From an uncultured Chloroflexia bacterium (GTDB lineage: Bacteria; Chloroflexota; Anaerolineae; Anaerolineales; Anaerolineaceae): DNA of 32,000 nt. How positions within the stretch are numbered: position 1 is the first letter of the stretch; every line of letters starts with the position of its first letter. The stretch is taken from assembly GCA_963704755.1 (NCBI GenBank), contig OY969938.1, positions 1,260,001-1,292,000 of the forward strand, in the 5' to 3' direction. Below are positions 8,047-16,018 of the stretch, one piece after another. The notes below the pieces were generated by a model. It did no database searches. It saw only the letters and a list, made by a program, of their open reading frames with translations, and was not told where the DNA came from. The position numbers and the translations under genes are program-made.

Positions 8047-8110
8047 TGAATCCACTTGCCAGACGGGGGTAAAATTAATCCAGCCCTGATTAAATCCAAG
8101 GAAGGACGCG

Positions 8111-9181
8111 ATGAAACCCGATTCTGATAGCCCTACCCTCACCTCAAAAGTCCGCCTGACCAGCCTGGCAACTTGCGCCGGATGCGCGGCCAAACTCAGC
8201 GCTGATATGCTGGCCCAAATGCTCCAGCCGGTCAAGGATATCTTCAACCCCAAAGATTATCCCGACCTGATGATCGGCCTGGACGCCCCGGATGACGCCG
8301 CCGTCTGGCGCATCGACGCGGACCGTGCCATCGTAATGACCACCGATTTCTTCACCCCGGTGGTGGATGACCCTTACGATTTCGGTGCAATCGCCGCCAC
8401 CAACGCGATTTCGGATATTTATGCGATGGGCGGCAAACCTTTCCTGGCGCTCAACATCGCGGCCCTGCCGGTCGATCTGCCGGTCGAATTTACCTCCGAG
8501 ATTATCCGCGGCGGCGCCGAAAAGGCCCGCGAAGCCGGCGTGGTGATCGCCGGCGGCCATACCATCCAGGATAAAGAGCCCAAGTACGGCCTGGTCGTGT
8601 TGGGTTTCGTCGATCCCAAAAATGTGCTGACCAAGGGCGGCGCCCTGCCCGGTGACCGGCTGGTTTTGAGCAAACCACTCGGTTTTGGTGTGACCAACAC
8701 TGCCATCAAACAAGACCTGGCCAAACCGGAAGATGTGGCCGAAGTGGTCGGGTGGATGACCACCCTCAACGCCAAGGCAGCCGGACTGGCAACCGAATTT
8801 GGCCTGAAAGCCATGACCGATGTGACCGGCTTCAGCCTGATCGGGCACAGCTCCGAGATGGCCAATGCCTCCGGCGTGGCTTTCCGGCTTAAATACAGCC
8901 AGATTCCCTTCGTCAGTTGTGCGCGCGGTTTTGCCGAGCAGTGGACTTTTCCCGGAGGCGCTTCCACCAACAAGATCCATTTTGGCGGACAGGCTCGTTT
9001 TGCTGATAACCTGGACGAAGTCTCTCAAATGCTCCTGTTCGATCCGCAAACTTCGGGCGGCCTGCTGATGGCGGTGCCGGCCGATCGTATCGACGCGTTT
9101 TTACGCCGTGGCCAGGAAATTGGCCAGCCCCTGTGGGAGATCGGCGAAGTCATTCCCGGTTCCGGGATCGAAGTAATCTGA
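8111..9181 (+). CDS. selD: selenide, water dikinase (selenophosphate synthetase), Cys form
   Basis: The N-terminal CAGCAAKLS matches the SelD Cys/Sec-Lys active-site loop. An AIR-synthase-like fold is suggested by DDAAV, TTDFFTP, ISDIYAMGG and GGHTI. 356 aa. Confidence 0.9.
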   Translation: MKPDSDSPTLTSKVRLTSLATCAGCAAKLSADMLAQMLQPVKDIFNPKDYPDLMIGLDAPDDAAVWRIDADRAIVMTTDFFTPVVDDPYDFGAIAATNAISDIYAMGGKPFLALNIAALPVDLPVEFTSEIIRGGAEKAREAGVVIAGGHTIQDKEPKYGLVVLGFVDPKNVLTKGGALPGDRLVLSKPLGFGVTNTAIKQDLAKPEDVAEVVGWMTTLNAKAAGLATEFGLKAMTDVTGFSLIGHSSEMANASGVAFRLKYSQIPFVSCARGFAEQWTFPGGASTNKIHFGGQARFADNLDEVSQMLLFDPQTSGGLLMAVPADRIDAFLRRGQEIGQPLWEIGEVIPGSGIEVI

Positions 9182-9182
9182 T

Positions 9183-10808
9183 ATGCAGCCGGAGTTTGTT
9201 TTTAATTCACGCCGCTCACCGGTGCTTGGGCAGGGCGGTATGTGTGCATCCTCGCAGCCGCTGGCGACCGCCGCCGGCCTGCGCATCCTCGCCAAAGGCG
9301 GTAACGCCGCCGACGCAGCCATCGCCATCGCCGCTGCGCTGAACGTGACCGAGCCCACCTCGACCGGCCTGGGCGGCGATTGTTTTGCCTTGTATTACCA
9401 GGCTTCCACCCGCCAGGTTTTCGCCCTAAACGGCTCCGGCCGTTCTCCGGCTGCCCTGACCCTGGAAAAAGTCAACCGGGACGGCTTTACCGAGACATTG
9501 TCCCCCTACCACCCCTACACCATCACCGTTCCTGGCGCCTGCGCCGGTTGGTGTGACCTGATCGAGCGCTTTGGGCGGCTCTCTATGGCCGAGATCCTGG
9601 CCCCGGCCGTCGAGCTGGCCGAAAACGGCTTCCCGGTAGCGCCTCTGACCGCCTATTTCTGGCAGCGGGGCGCCGAACGCCAGCTTGCCAGCGCCCCGAA
9701 CGGCCGTGAAATGACCATCGACGGCCGTGGTCCGAACCCCGGTGAAGTCTTCCGTAACCCCAACCTGGCCAGGACAATGAAGGCCATCGCGGCCGGCGGC
9801 AAAGCCGCCTATTACCAGGGTGAGATCGCGAAAGCGGTCGCCGCCGTGGTGCAGCAGGCCGGCGGCTGCATGAGCGAAGCCGACCTGGCCGCTCATACCA
9901 GCACCTGGGAAGAGCCGCTCTCCGTCCAGTACGGCGGCCTGTGCTTCTGGGAATGCCCGCCCAACGGCCAGGGTCTGGCCGCGCTGCTGGCGCTCAACTT
10001 GATGCAGCATTTTGATCTTTCCGGTGAGGAGCCGCTCTCGGCTCGCCGCCTGCACCTGGAAATCGAGGCCATGCGCCTGGCCTTCGCCGACGCTTTTCAC
10101 TACATCGCCGACCCGGCCTACTTCCGCGCCCCACTGGAAGACCTGCTCAGCCCGGCTTACAGCGCCGAACGCAGCCAATTGATCGATCCGCAGGAAGCGC
10201 ATCCGCGCATGCGCCATGGCACACCCCTGGCCACCAGTGACACGGTCTACATGTGCGCCGTGGATAGCGAGGGCAACGCTTGCTCGTTCATCAACAGCAA
10301 TTACATGGGCTTTGGGACCGGCATCGTCCCGGCCGGCTGGGGCTTTACCCTGCAAAACCGCGGGCACAACTTCAGCCTGGACCCGGCCCATCCCAACGTG
10401 TTGGCGCCCAACAAGCGCCCCTATCACACCATCATTCCGGCCATGATCACCCATGCCGCGGACGGCAGCCTGTACGGACCTTTCGGCGTGATGGGCGGCT
10501 TCATGCAGCCCCAGGGCCATTTGCAGGTCGGCCTGGCCCTGGCCGTCGACCAGCTCGATCCCCAGGCTGCGCTGGACCTGCCCCGCTTCTGCATCCAGCC
10601 GGAAGACCCGGCCGGGACCGTCCTGCTCGAGGAAGGCATTTCCTCTTCGGTTGTCTCCACCCTGGAATATTTTGGCCACCCACTCAAGCTGGTGGAGGGC
10701 ATGAACCGGGCCAATTTCGGCCGCGGCCAGGTCATCCGCCGCGAACCCAACGGTGTGCTGTGGGGCGGCAGCGATCCCCGTGCCGATGGCTGCGCCATGG
10801 TTTTATAA
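9183..10808 (+). CDS. ggt: gamma-glutamyltransferase family protein (no N-terminal signal peptide visible)
   Basis: GGNAADAAIAIAAALNVTEPTSTGLGGD and the autoprocessing-site region ATSDTVYMCAVD are typical of the GGT Ntn-hydrolase family. The ATG lies 1 nt after the selD TGA. Confidence 0.85.
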   Translation: MQPEFVFNSRRSPVLGQGGMCASSQPLATAAGLRILAKGGNAADAAIAIAAALNVTEPTSTGLGGDCFALYYQASTRQVFALNGSGRSPAALTLEKVNRDGFTETLSPYHPYTITVPGACAGWCDLIERFGRLSMAEILAPAVELAENGFPVAPLTAYFWQRGAERQLASAPNGREMTIDGRGPNPGEVFRNPNLARTMKAIAAGGKAAYYQGEIAKAVAAVVQQAGGCMSEADLAAHTSTWEEPLSVQYGGLCFWECPPNGQGLAALLALNLMQHFDLSGEEPLSARRLHLEIEAMRLAFADAFHYIADPAYFRAPLEDLLSPAYSAERSQLIDPQEAHPRMRHGTPLATSDTVYMCAVDSEGNACSFINSNYMGFGTGIVPAGWGFTLQNRGHNFSLDPAHPNVLAPNKRPYHTIIPAMITHAADGSLYGPFGVMGGFMQPQGHLQVGLALAVDQLDPQAALDLPRFCIQPEDPAGTVLLEEGISSSVVSTLEYFGHPLKLVEGMNRANFGRGQVIRREPNGVLWGGSDPRADGCAMVL

Positions 10809-10826
10809 TTTCTTCGCGATAAATTA

Positions 10827-10881
10827 AGCGGGTAGTTTTATTTTTTGCATGCTTCGCATGCAAAAAATAAAACTACCCGCT
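10827..10881. terminator. perfect 26-bp hairpin, probable bidirectional terminator between ggt and rny
   Basis: AGCGGGTAGTTTTATTTTTTGCATGC TTC GCATGCAAAAAATAAAACTACCCGCT is perfect over 26 bp. It lies 19 nt after the ggt stop and 7 nt after the rny stop, which are convergent genes. Confidence 0.7.
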
Positions 10882-10887
10882 GTTTGT

Positions 10888-12423
10888 TTAGCGTGCGTAA
10901 TCGACTGCGCGGGTCTCGCGGATAACCGTCACCTTGATCTGGCCGGGGTACTGCATGGTCTCTTCGATCTTCTTGGCGATGTCACGGGCCAGGCGAGTTG
11001 AAGCCAGGTCATCGATATCCTCCGGGCGGACGATGATGCGAACTTCGCGGCCGGCCTGGATGGCGTAGCTCTGGCTGACGCCCTTGAACGAATTGGCGAT
11101 CTCTTCCAAGGCCCGCAGCCGTTTGATGTACTGCTCCAGGTCTTCGCGGCGCGCACCCGGCCGGGCACCTGAGATGGCGTCGGCTGCTTCGACGATGACC
11201 GCTTCGACCGTCTCCTGCTCGACCTCATGGTGATGCGAGGCGATGATGTTGACCACTTTGGCCGGAACGTTGTAGCGTTTGGCAAACTCAGCCCCAATCA
11301 TGGCGTGGGTGCCTTCGGTGTTATGGTCCATGGCCTTGCCCAGGTCATGCAGCAGGCCGCCCATCCGCGAAAGCTCTGTGTCGGCGCCTAACTCCGCGGC
11401 CAACACGGCTGAAAGCCGGGCAACCTCGACAGCGTGGCCCAACTGGTTTTGTCCGTAGGAGGTGCGGTATTTCAACCGCCCCAACACCTTGACCACTTCT
11501 GGATGCAAGCCGGCTACACCTGAATCGTAGGCGGCCTGCTCGCCGGCCTCTACGATGGACTTGTCCACTTCCTTCTGTTCCTCATTGAGGATCTTTTCGA
11601 TGTGGGCCGGGTGGATACGCCCATCCACGATCAAACGCTCAAGCGAGCGGCGAGCGACCTCACGGCGGATCGGGTCGAAACATGAGATCGTGACGGCCTC
11701 GGGCGTGTCGTCGACGATCACGTCCACCCCGGCAGCCTGTTCGAAGGCGCGGATGTTGCGGCCGTTGCGGCCGACGATACGGCCTTTCATTTCTTCGTTG
11801 GGCAGCGAGATGACCGAGGTCGTTACACTGACCACGTGGTCCGAAGCCACTCGCTGGATCGATTCGGCGATCAGCTCACGCGCGCGTTTCTCTCCTTCGG
11901 CACGGGCCTCGGCCTCGATCTGCCGGATGATGCGGGCCATGTCGTTGCGAGCTTCCTTTTCGGCTTCCACCAGCAGGAGTTGGCGGGCATCATCGACCGA
12001 CATCTCGGCGATCTTTTGCAGCTCTTCCATTTGCTGGTCGTACATCTTTTCGACTTCGTTGGTGCGCTTGTCGAGGGAAGATTGGCGTTTATTCAAAACA
12101 GCTTCGCGCTGTTCCAGTCGCTCCACCCGGTGATCCAGTTCGGCGCGCCGCTTTTGCAGCCGGTCCTCTTCACGAGAAACTTCGGCCCGCCGGCGGTTAT
12201 TTTCGTTTTCTGCTTCCTGAAGTACCTTTAATGCTTTATCTTTGGCTTCCAGTTCAACTTCCCTGGATTTTTCATTGGCTGCCAGCAGAACGCTGTCGGC
12301 CTTATCCTTTTGCTCCTTACGATTTCGTTCCGTAAGATATCGGCTTATCAAGAACAGGACGACCCCTATCAGGATCAAGTCGCCCACGATTAAACCCACG
12401 TAAAATATTATATTTTCTGGCAT
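10888..12423 (-). CDS. rny: ribonuclease Y
   Basis: It has an N-terminal TM helix (IIFYVGLIVGDLILIGVVLFLI), a long coiled-coil, a KH domain (GRIVGRNGRNIRAFE) and an HD domain (HDLGKA...ASHHH). I place the start at ATG 12423, which avoids overlap with recX. Confidence 0.93.
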   Translation of the reverse strand: MPENIIFYVGLIVGDLILIGVVLFLISRYLTERNRKEQKDKADSVLLAANEKSREVELEAKDKALKVLQEAENENNRRRAEVSREEDRLQKRRAELDHRVERLEQREAVLNKRQSSLDKRTNEVEKMYDQQMEELQKIAEMSVDDARQLLLVEAEKEARNDMARIIRQIEAEARAEGEKRARELIAESIQRVASDHVVSVTTSVISLPNEEMKGRIVGRNGRNIRAFEQAAGVDVIVDDTPEAVTISCFDPIRREVARRSLERLIVDGRIHPAHIEKILNEEQKEVDKSIVEAGEQAAYDSGVAGLHPEVVKVLGRLKYRTSYGQNQLGHAVEVARLSAVLAAELGADTELSRMGGLLHDLGKAMDHNTEGTHAMIGAEFAKRYNVPAKVVNIIASHHHEVEQETVEAVIVEAADAISGARPGARREDLEQYIKRLRALEEIANSFKGVSQSYAIQAGREVRIIVRPEDIDDLASTRLARDIAKKIEETMQYPGQIKVTVIRETRAVDYAR

Positions 12424-12445
12424 GTTCCAATTCCTCTTTCCAGAG

Positions 12446-13087
12446 TCAGGTTTCAGGCTCCTCCGGATGTAATTCGGACCAGACCCGACTGACCACGGGA
12501 GCAATCGTTCCGTAAGAGAAACCACGCCGCCCCAAAAATGCGACCAGCCGCTTGCGAAACAACTCCCAATCCAGGTCTTTCAACCTGCCGGCATATCGTG
12601 TTGCTGCCTGATAAGCCAGGTCTGTCTCGTCAATTACACCATCCAGAGCCATCGAAATATGGTCCTCCGAAACTCCTTTTTGACGAAGCTCATATCGCAG
12701 AAGCCGCCGACTGCGCGGGCGAAAAACCGAACGGTTTTCTACCCATACTTGTGCGAACTGCTCGTCCCCTAAAAGGCGGTTCCGTTGCAACCGCTCGGTG
12801 ACTGTGGCGATGACTGCTTCATCGAAGCCTTTGCTTAATAACCTTGTCTTCACTTCTTGTTCTGACCGCGAACGGTAACTCAAAAAGTGCAAGGCTTTTT
12901 GATAAGCAACTTCTCGGACTTCTTCAGTTTGGAGCGATTTAATCTTTTCATCACTCAGAGTCTGCCCAACCCACAACCAAGCTGCAACTATTTTTGAAAG
13001 ACCAAAAGCAAATTCATCATCAAGATAAATACTGACCCGGTTTGGATTGTGTTGCTGAGCTTTCAGTGCGGTGATTTTTCGCTCCAT
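12446..13087 (-). CDS. recX: recombination regulator RecX
   Basis: 213 aa. The N-terminus (ITALKAQQHNPNRVSIYLDDEFAFGL) and the repeated three-helix units (ALHFLSYRSRSEQEVKTRL...) are typical of RecX. No recA lies upstream in this window. Confidence 0.85.
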   Translation of the reverse strand: MERKITALKAQQHNPNRVSIYLDDEFAFGLSKIVAAWLWVGQTLSDEKIKSLQTEEVREVAYQKALHFLSYRSRSEQEVKTRLLSKGFDEAVIATVTERLQRNRLLGDEQFAQVWVENRSVFRPRSRRLLRYELRQKGVSEDHISMALDGVIDETDLAYQAATRYAGRLKDLDWELFRKRLVAFLGRRGFSYGTIAPVVSRVWSELHPEEPET

Positions 13088-13637
13088 AATTTAATAAACA
13101 GCCACCAATATACCGTTTCACCCGACGGCGGGGTGGATTGAATCAGCGCTTCGAATTGAGAAAAGGCCATACCACAAATTTATCTCGAATAACGAAAGAT
13201 CAAGGTGAGAGGAATCGGACAGTTATATCGGATCGCACTATGGTGCGATCATCACTGGCCATCTACCGGACGTTCACGCCAGCCCGTAATTCCTCCCTCC
13301 AAATTTTCCCAATTCATGTGCTTTATCCTCTCTTTTGAGAGGGTTCAAGTACCCGGCTTTTCCAGAAAAATTCCCGGCAATTTCAAACCGGTAAACCTAA
13401 ACAGACCTGAAACGGCTTTAGGAGTTTAGAGTTCTTTAACATATTATACATGATTTTTTAAAAATCATTGTAATACAATTAACAAACGATCAATTTATTC
13501 AGATAAAAATAATTTAAGCCTGGTAAGATTAAGTCTTTATGCCCCCTCAGGCTTGGAAGAATAATTCCCAGATTTAAGGGGCTGTTTCGAGCGGAAAAAC
13601 CACCCCAAACAGGCCCTCAAATTTTTCAGGTAAACCC

Positions 13638-14321
13638 TTAATTGAAATTGAGCAAGTCCAAAATATCTTCCAGAGCCGTCACGAACATCTCATCCATCAC
13701 TTCTGGACCGGCCTGGTAAGCCCCGCCGAAACTGCCGTCTCCATATAACCAGCGGGTTTCTTCGGCGTTGAGCAAGCCCTTATATGAGGGCGGATTTTTG
13801 GCTTTCTCGGGCAATTCGGCCACAGTTGTAAAGGGAAAAGCCTCCAACCAGTTGGCGTGACAGGGCTTCAAATCATGCTTGCGGGCCACTTCCAAAACCG
13901 TGTTAGCCAGCCACCAGTCGTACCAGGCCGTGCGCAGTTCGGGTAACTGGTTGGCCATCTCGACCAGCACATTGCGGGCTCCGATATTCCCGCCATGCCC
14001 GTTGAGAATCAGCAGTTTTCTGAAGCCATAGCCATAAACCGAGCGGACCATATCGCTTACTACCTTAAGAAAGGTGTCTGTGCTGAGGCTGATCGTTCCA
14101 GGGTAAGTCAAGAAATACGGGGATACGCCAAAATTAAGCGCCGGCGCGATCAGTACTTTGGCTTTTTCACTGGCTGCATCCGCCAGTGCCTGCGGAATCT
14201 TTACATCCGTCAACAAACTGAGATACCCATGCTGCTCGCACGCCCCCAGGACCAGGATCAACCGGTCATCGTTTTTCAGGTACTCTTCCACTTCCATCCA
14301 ATTTAAATCTTCGATACGCAT
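13638..14321 (-). CDS. creatininase-family amidohydrolase
   Basis: LILVLGACEQHG, LNFGVSPYF and LILNGHGGN are creatinine amidohydrolase family landmarks. I place the start at ATG 14321, preceded by AAGGAG (MRIEDLNWMEV...). Confidence 0.8.
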   Translation of the reverse strand: MRIEDLNWMEVEEYLKNDDRLILVLGACEQHGYLSLLTDVKIPQALADAASEKAKVLIAPALNFGVSPYFLTYPGTISLSTDTFLKVVSDMVRSVYGYGFRKLLILNGHGGNIGARNVLVEMANQLPELRTAWYDWWLANTVLEVARKHDLKPCHANWLEAFPFTTVAELPEKAKNPPSYKGLLNAEETRWLYGDGSFGGAYQAGPEVMDEMFVTALEDILDLLNFN

Positions 14322-14744
14322 ATTTTTCTCCTTTTTTAAATTAGGATAATTGATTTTACCGCGATAACCGGCAACTGCATGAATCGGAGCCGAATTCTCT
14401 GAAATCATTCCTGGATTTGGCATTCGTGGACCTGTAGCCCGGCTTTGAAAGCCGGTTCCTAACGTTGGCGATTGAAATCACCGCAACAAAAACGCGAAGC
14501 CCGGTCTCACCTCCGGCCCGCCGTCAGAGGCCGCTCTTCAACGCTGGAGAACCATTAAGCCTGCATTAGAAAGAGGCCCACGGAGGTGGGTCTTCGTGTC
14601 CTTGTAAGTGCAGTTTCAACTGCGGTTTCCGCATTGCCAATCGTAACTTCCCCTTTTGAAGGTAAAATATGCTTCTATTCCTCATTCTGCATATCATCCG
14701 ATCCGGCCGGGTACCTGCCCGGCCTATCCATGGGGCCTTGCCTG

Positions 14745-15905
14745 ATGTTCGCAAATAAAAAAACCAAAACTGTCTGGACCTGGGTAGGCGTTGTGACCGT
14801 TTTTGTGGCTCTGGCGCTGTATGTAGCCTATCGCTTCTACACCTACACTCCTGACATGCAAAGCTACGCCTCATTTTCCGATCTGCCCCTCAACTCCTGG
14901 GTTCAGGTGGACCTGGGCGGCCAGACCATGTGCAGCGATGGTTCGCCCTACCATATCTATGTCCGCCGCGGCTCCAGCCCAGACCTCATCATCCATTTTT
15001 CGGGCGGCGGCGCCTGCTGGGACGCGGACACCTGCGCTCAGCCGATCCGCCTGACGAACGTAGAGGGCTATTACTTTCCCAACCTGTGGGCGATCCAACG
15101 AGCGGTGCTGAACGGTATTTTCGCCGCGAAAAACGACGAGAACCCCTTCAAAGACTGGTCGGTGGTGTATATCCCCTATTGCACGGCCGATTTTCATATT
15201 GGGGCAGTCACGCGCACCTACTCGGTGTCGGCCGGCAAAAGCATGACCATCCACTTCAATGGCCGCCAGAATGCCACCTCCGCCCTGGATTGGGCTTACC
15301 AAAACCTGTCTCAGCCCGAGCGGCTGCTGATTTCCGGCGACAGCGCCGGGGCTTTTGCTGCCACCCTCTGGGCGCCGGTCATCGCCCAACACTTCCCCAA
15401 CAGCCACATCTTTCAGCTCTCGGACGGCTCCACGATTGTCTCGTCGCGTTGGAACGAAATTGCCAACTATACCTGGCAGGCCGATCTGCAAAACAACTTC
15501 GGCTTCGATCCCGGCGATGACCTCACAGGCAGCGCCTACCTGGCGTATGCCCAACAGGCCGGCAGCCCGATCACCTATTTACAAATAAATACGCTTTACG
15601 ACGGCACCATCACCCGCTTCCAGGCCAAAATGAACAACTCCGATGACCCGGACTACCGCGAGACCTGGTCGCAGGACATGACCAAATCCATGCAGACCAC
15701 CGCCGCCAGCGGCCTGGCTTACGATTATTACATCACCAATTACGGGTTGGACCAGAACAGCGGCACCACCCCGCACACCAGTATCCCCTACGCTTCATTT
15801 TATAAAGTCTCGCAAGATGGGGTTACCTTACGGGATTGGCTCCAGCGCATTGTTATCGGCGACGAGAATTTCTCGGTCGGCTCCGAATTTCTGCCATCCA
15901 ACTAA
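14745..15905 (+). CDS. pectin acetylesterase/Notum-like (PAE family) esterase with N-terminal membrane anchor or signal
   Basis: FSGGGACWDADTC and ISGDSAGAFAA resemble the PAE-family GGGxC and GxSxG motifs. The N-terminus is hydrophobic (WTWVGVVTVFVALALYVAY). The start is ATG 14745 (or 14730); the 14586 extension is rejected. Confidence 0.65.
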   Translation: MFANKKTKTVWTWVGVVTVFVALALYVAYRFYTYTPDMQSYASFSDLPLNSWVQVDLGGQTMCSDGSPYHIYVRRGSSPDLIIHFSGGGACWDADTCAQPIRLTNVEGYYFPNLWAIQRAVLNGIFAAKNDENPFKDWSVVYIPYCTADFHIGAVTRTYSVSAGKSMTIHFNGRQNATSALDWAYQNLSQPERLLISGDSAGAFAATLWAPVIAQHFPNSHIFQLSDGSTIVSSRWNEIANYTWQADLQNNFGFDPGDDLTGSAYLAYAQQAGSPITYLQINTLYDGTITRFQAKMNNSDDPDYRETWSQDMTKSMQTTAASGLAYDYYITNYGLDQNSGTTPHTSIPYASFYKVSQDGVTLRDWLQRIVIGDENFSVGSEFLPSN

Positions 15906-15913
15906 AGGGTTCG

Positions 15914-15952
15914 ATGTGTGTTTTTTGGTGCGAAGCACCAAAAAACACACAT
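15914..15952 (+). terminator. perfect 18-bp hairpin with GCGAAGC apex, terminator of the esterase gene
   Basis: ATGTGTGTTTTTTGGTGC GAA GCACCAAAAAACACACAT is followed by TTTAAATT. It starts 9 nt after the stop codon. Confidence 0.7.
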
Positions 15953-15963
15953 TTTAAATTAAA

Positions 15964-16009
15964 CAGCGGCGGTTAACCGCCGCTGCTTCCAAAGAACCGC
16001 CTTCTTTGG
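15964..16009 (-). terminator. two tandem hairpins downstream of leuS
   Basis: On the minus strand, CCAAAGAA GGCGG TTCTTTGG (16009-15989) is followed by the 22-nt palindrome CAGCGGCGGTTAACCGCCGCTG (15985-15964) and then UUUAAUUUAAAAU. Confidence 0.6.
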
Positions 16010-16018
16010 TTCCAGATG

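Noticed and set aside
7860-8110. Possible tRNA-Sec (selC) or SECIS-like element immediately upstream of selD.
   Set aside because: No T-loop (GGTTCGAATCC-like) sequence, no acceptor/D-arm geometry and no UCA anticodon loop could be folded. The hairpins belong to the palindromic repeat families instead.
13138-13429. ORFs 13138-13338 and 13205-13429 (+), plus a 21-codon minus-strand ORF in the recX upstream spacer.
   Set aside because: They have no RBS, odd composition, mutual overlap and no recognisable motif. They are treated as non-coding.
14322-14600. Guanidine-I (ykkC) or another known riboswitch upstream of the creatininase-family gene. The minus strand contains GACGGCGGGCCGGAGG, reminiscent of ACGGCGGGA.
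   Set aside because: The other conserved ykkC blocks (GGGUUCCGG, GGUCCGAGAG, CCCGGGAGA) are absent, and I could not build the two-helix architecture. It is kept only as an unassigned structured region.
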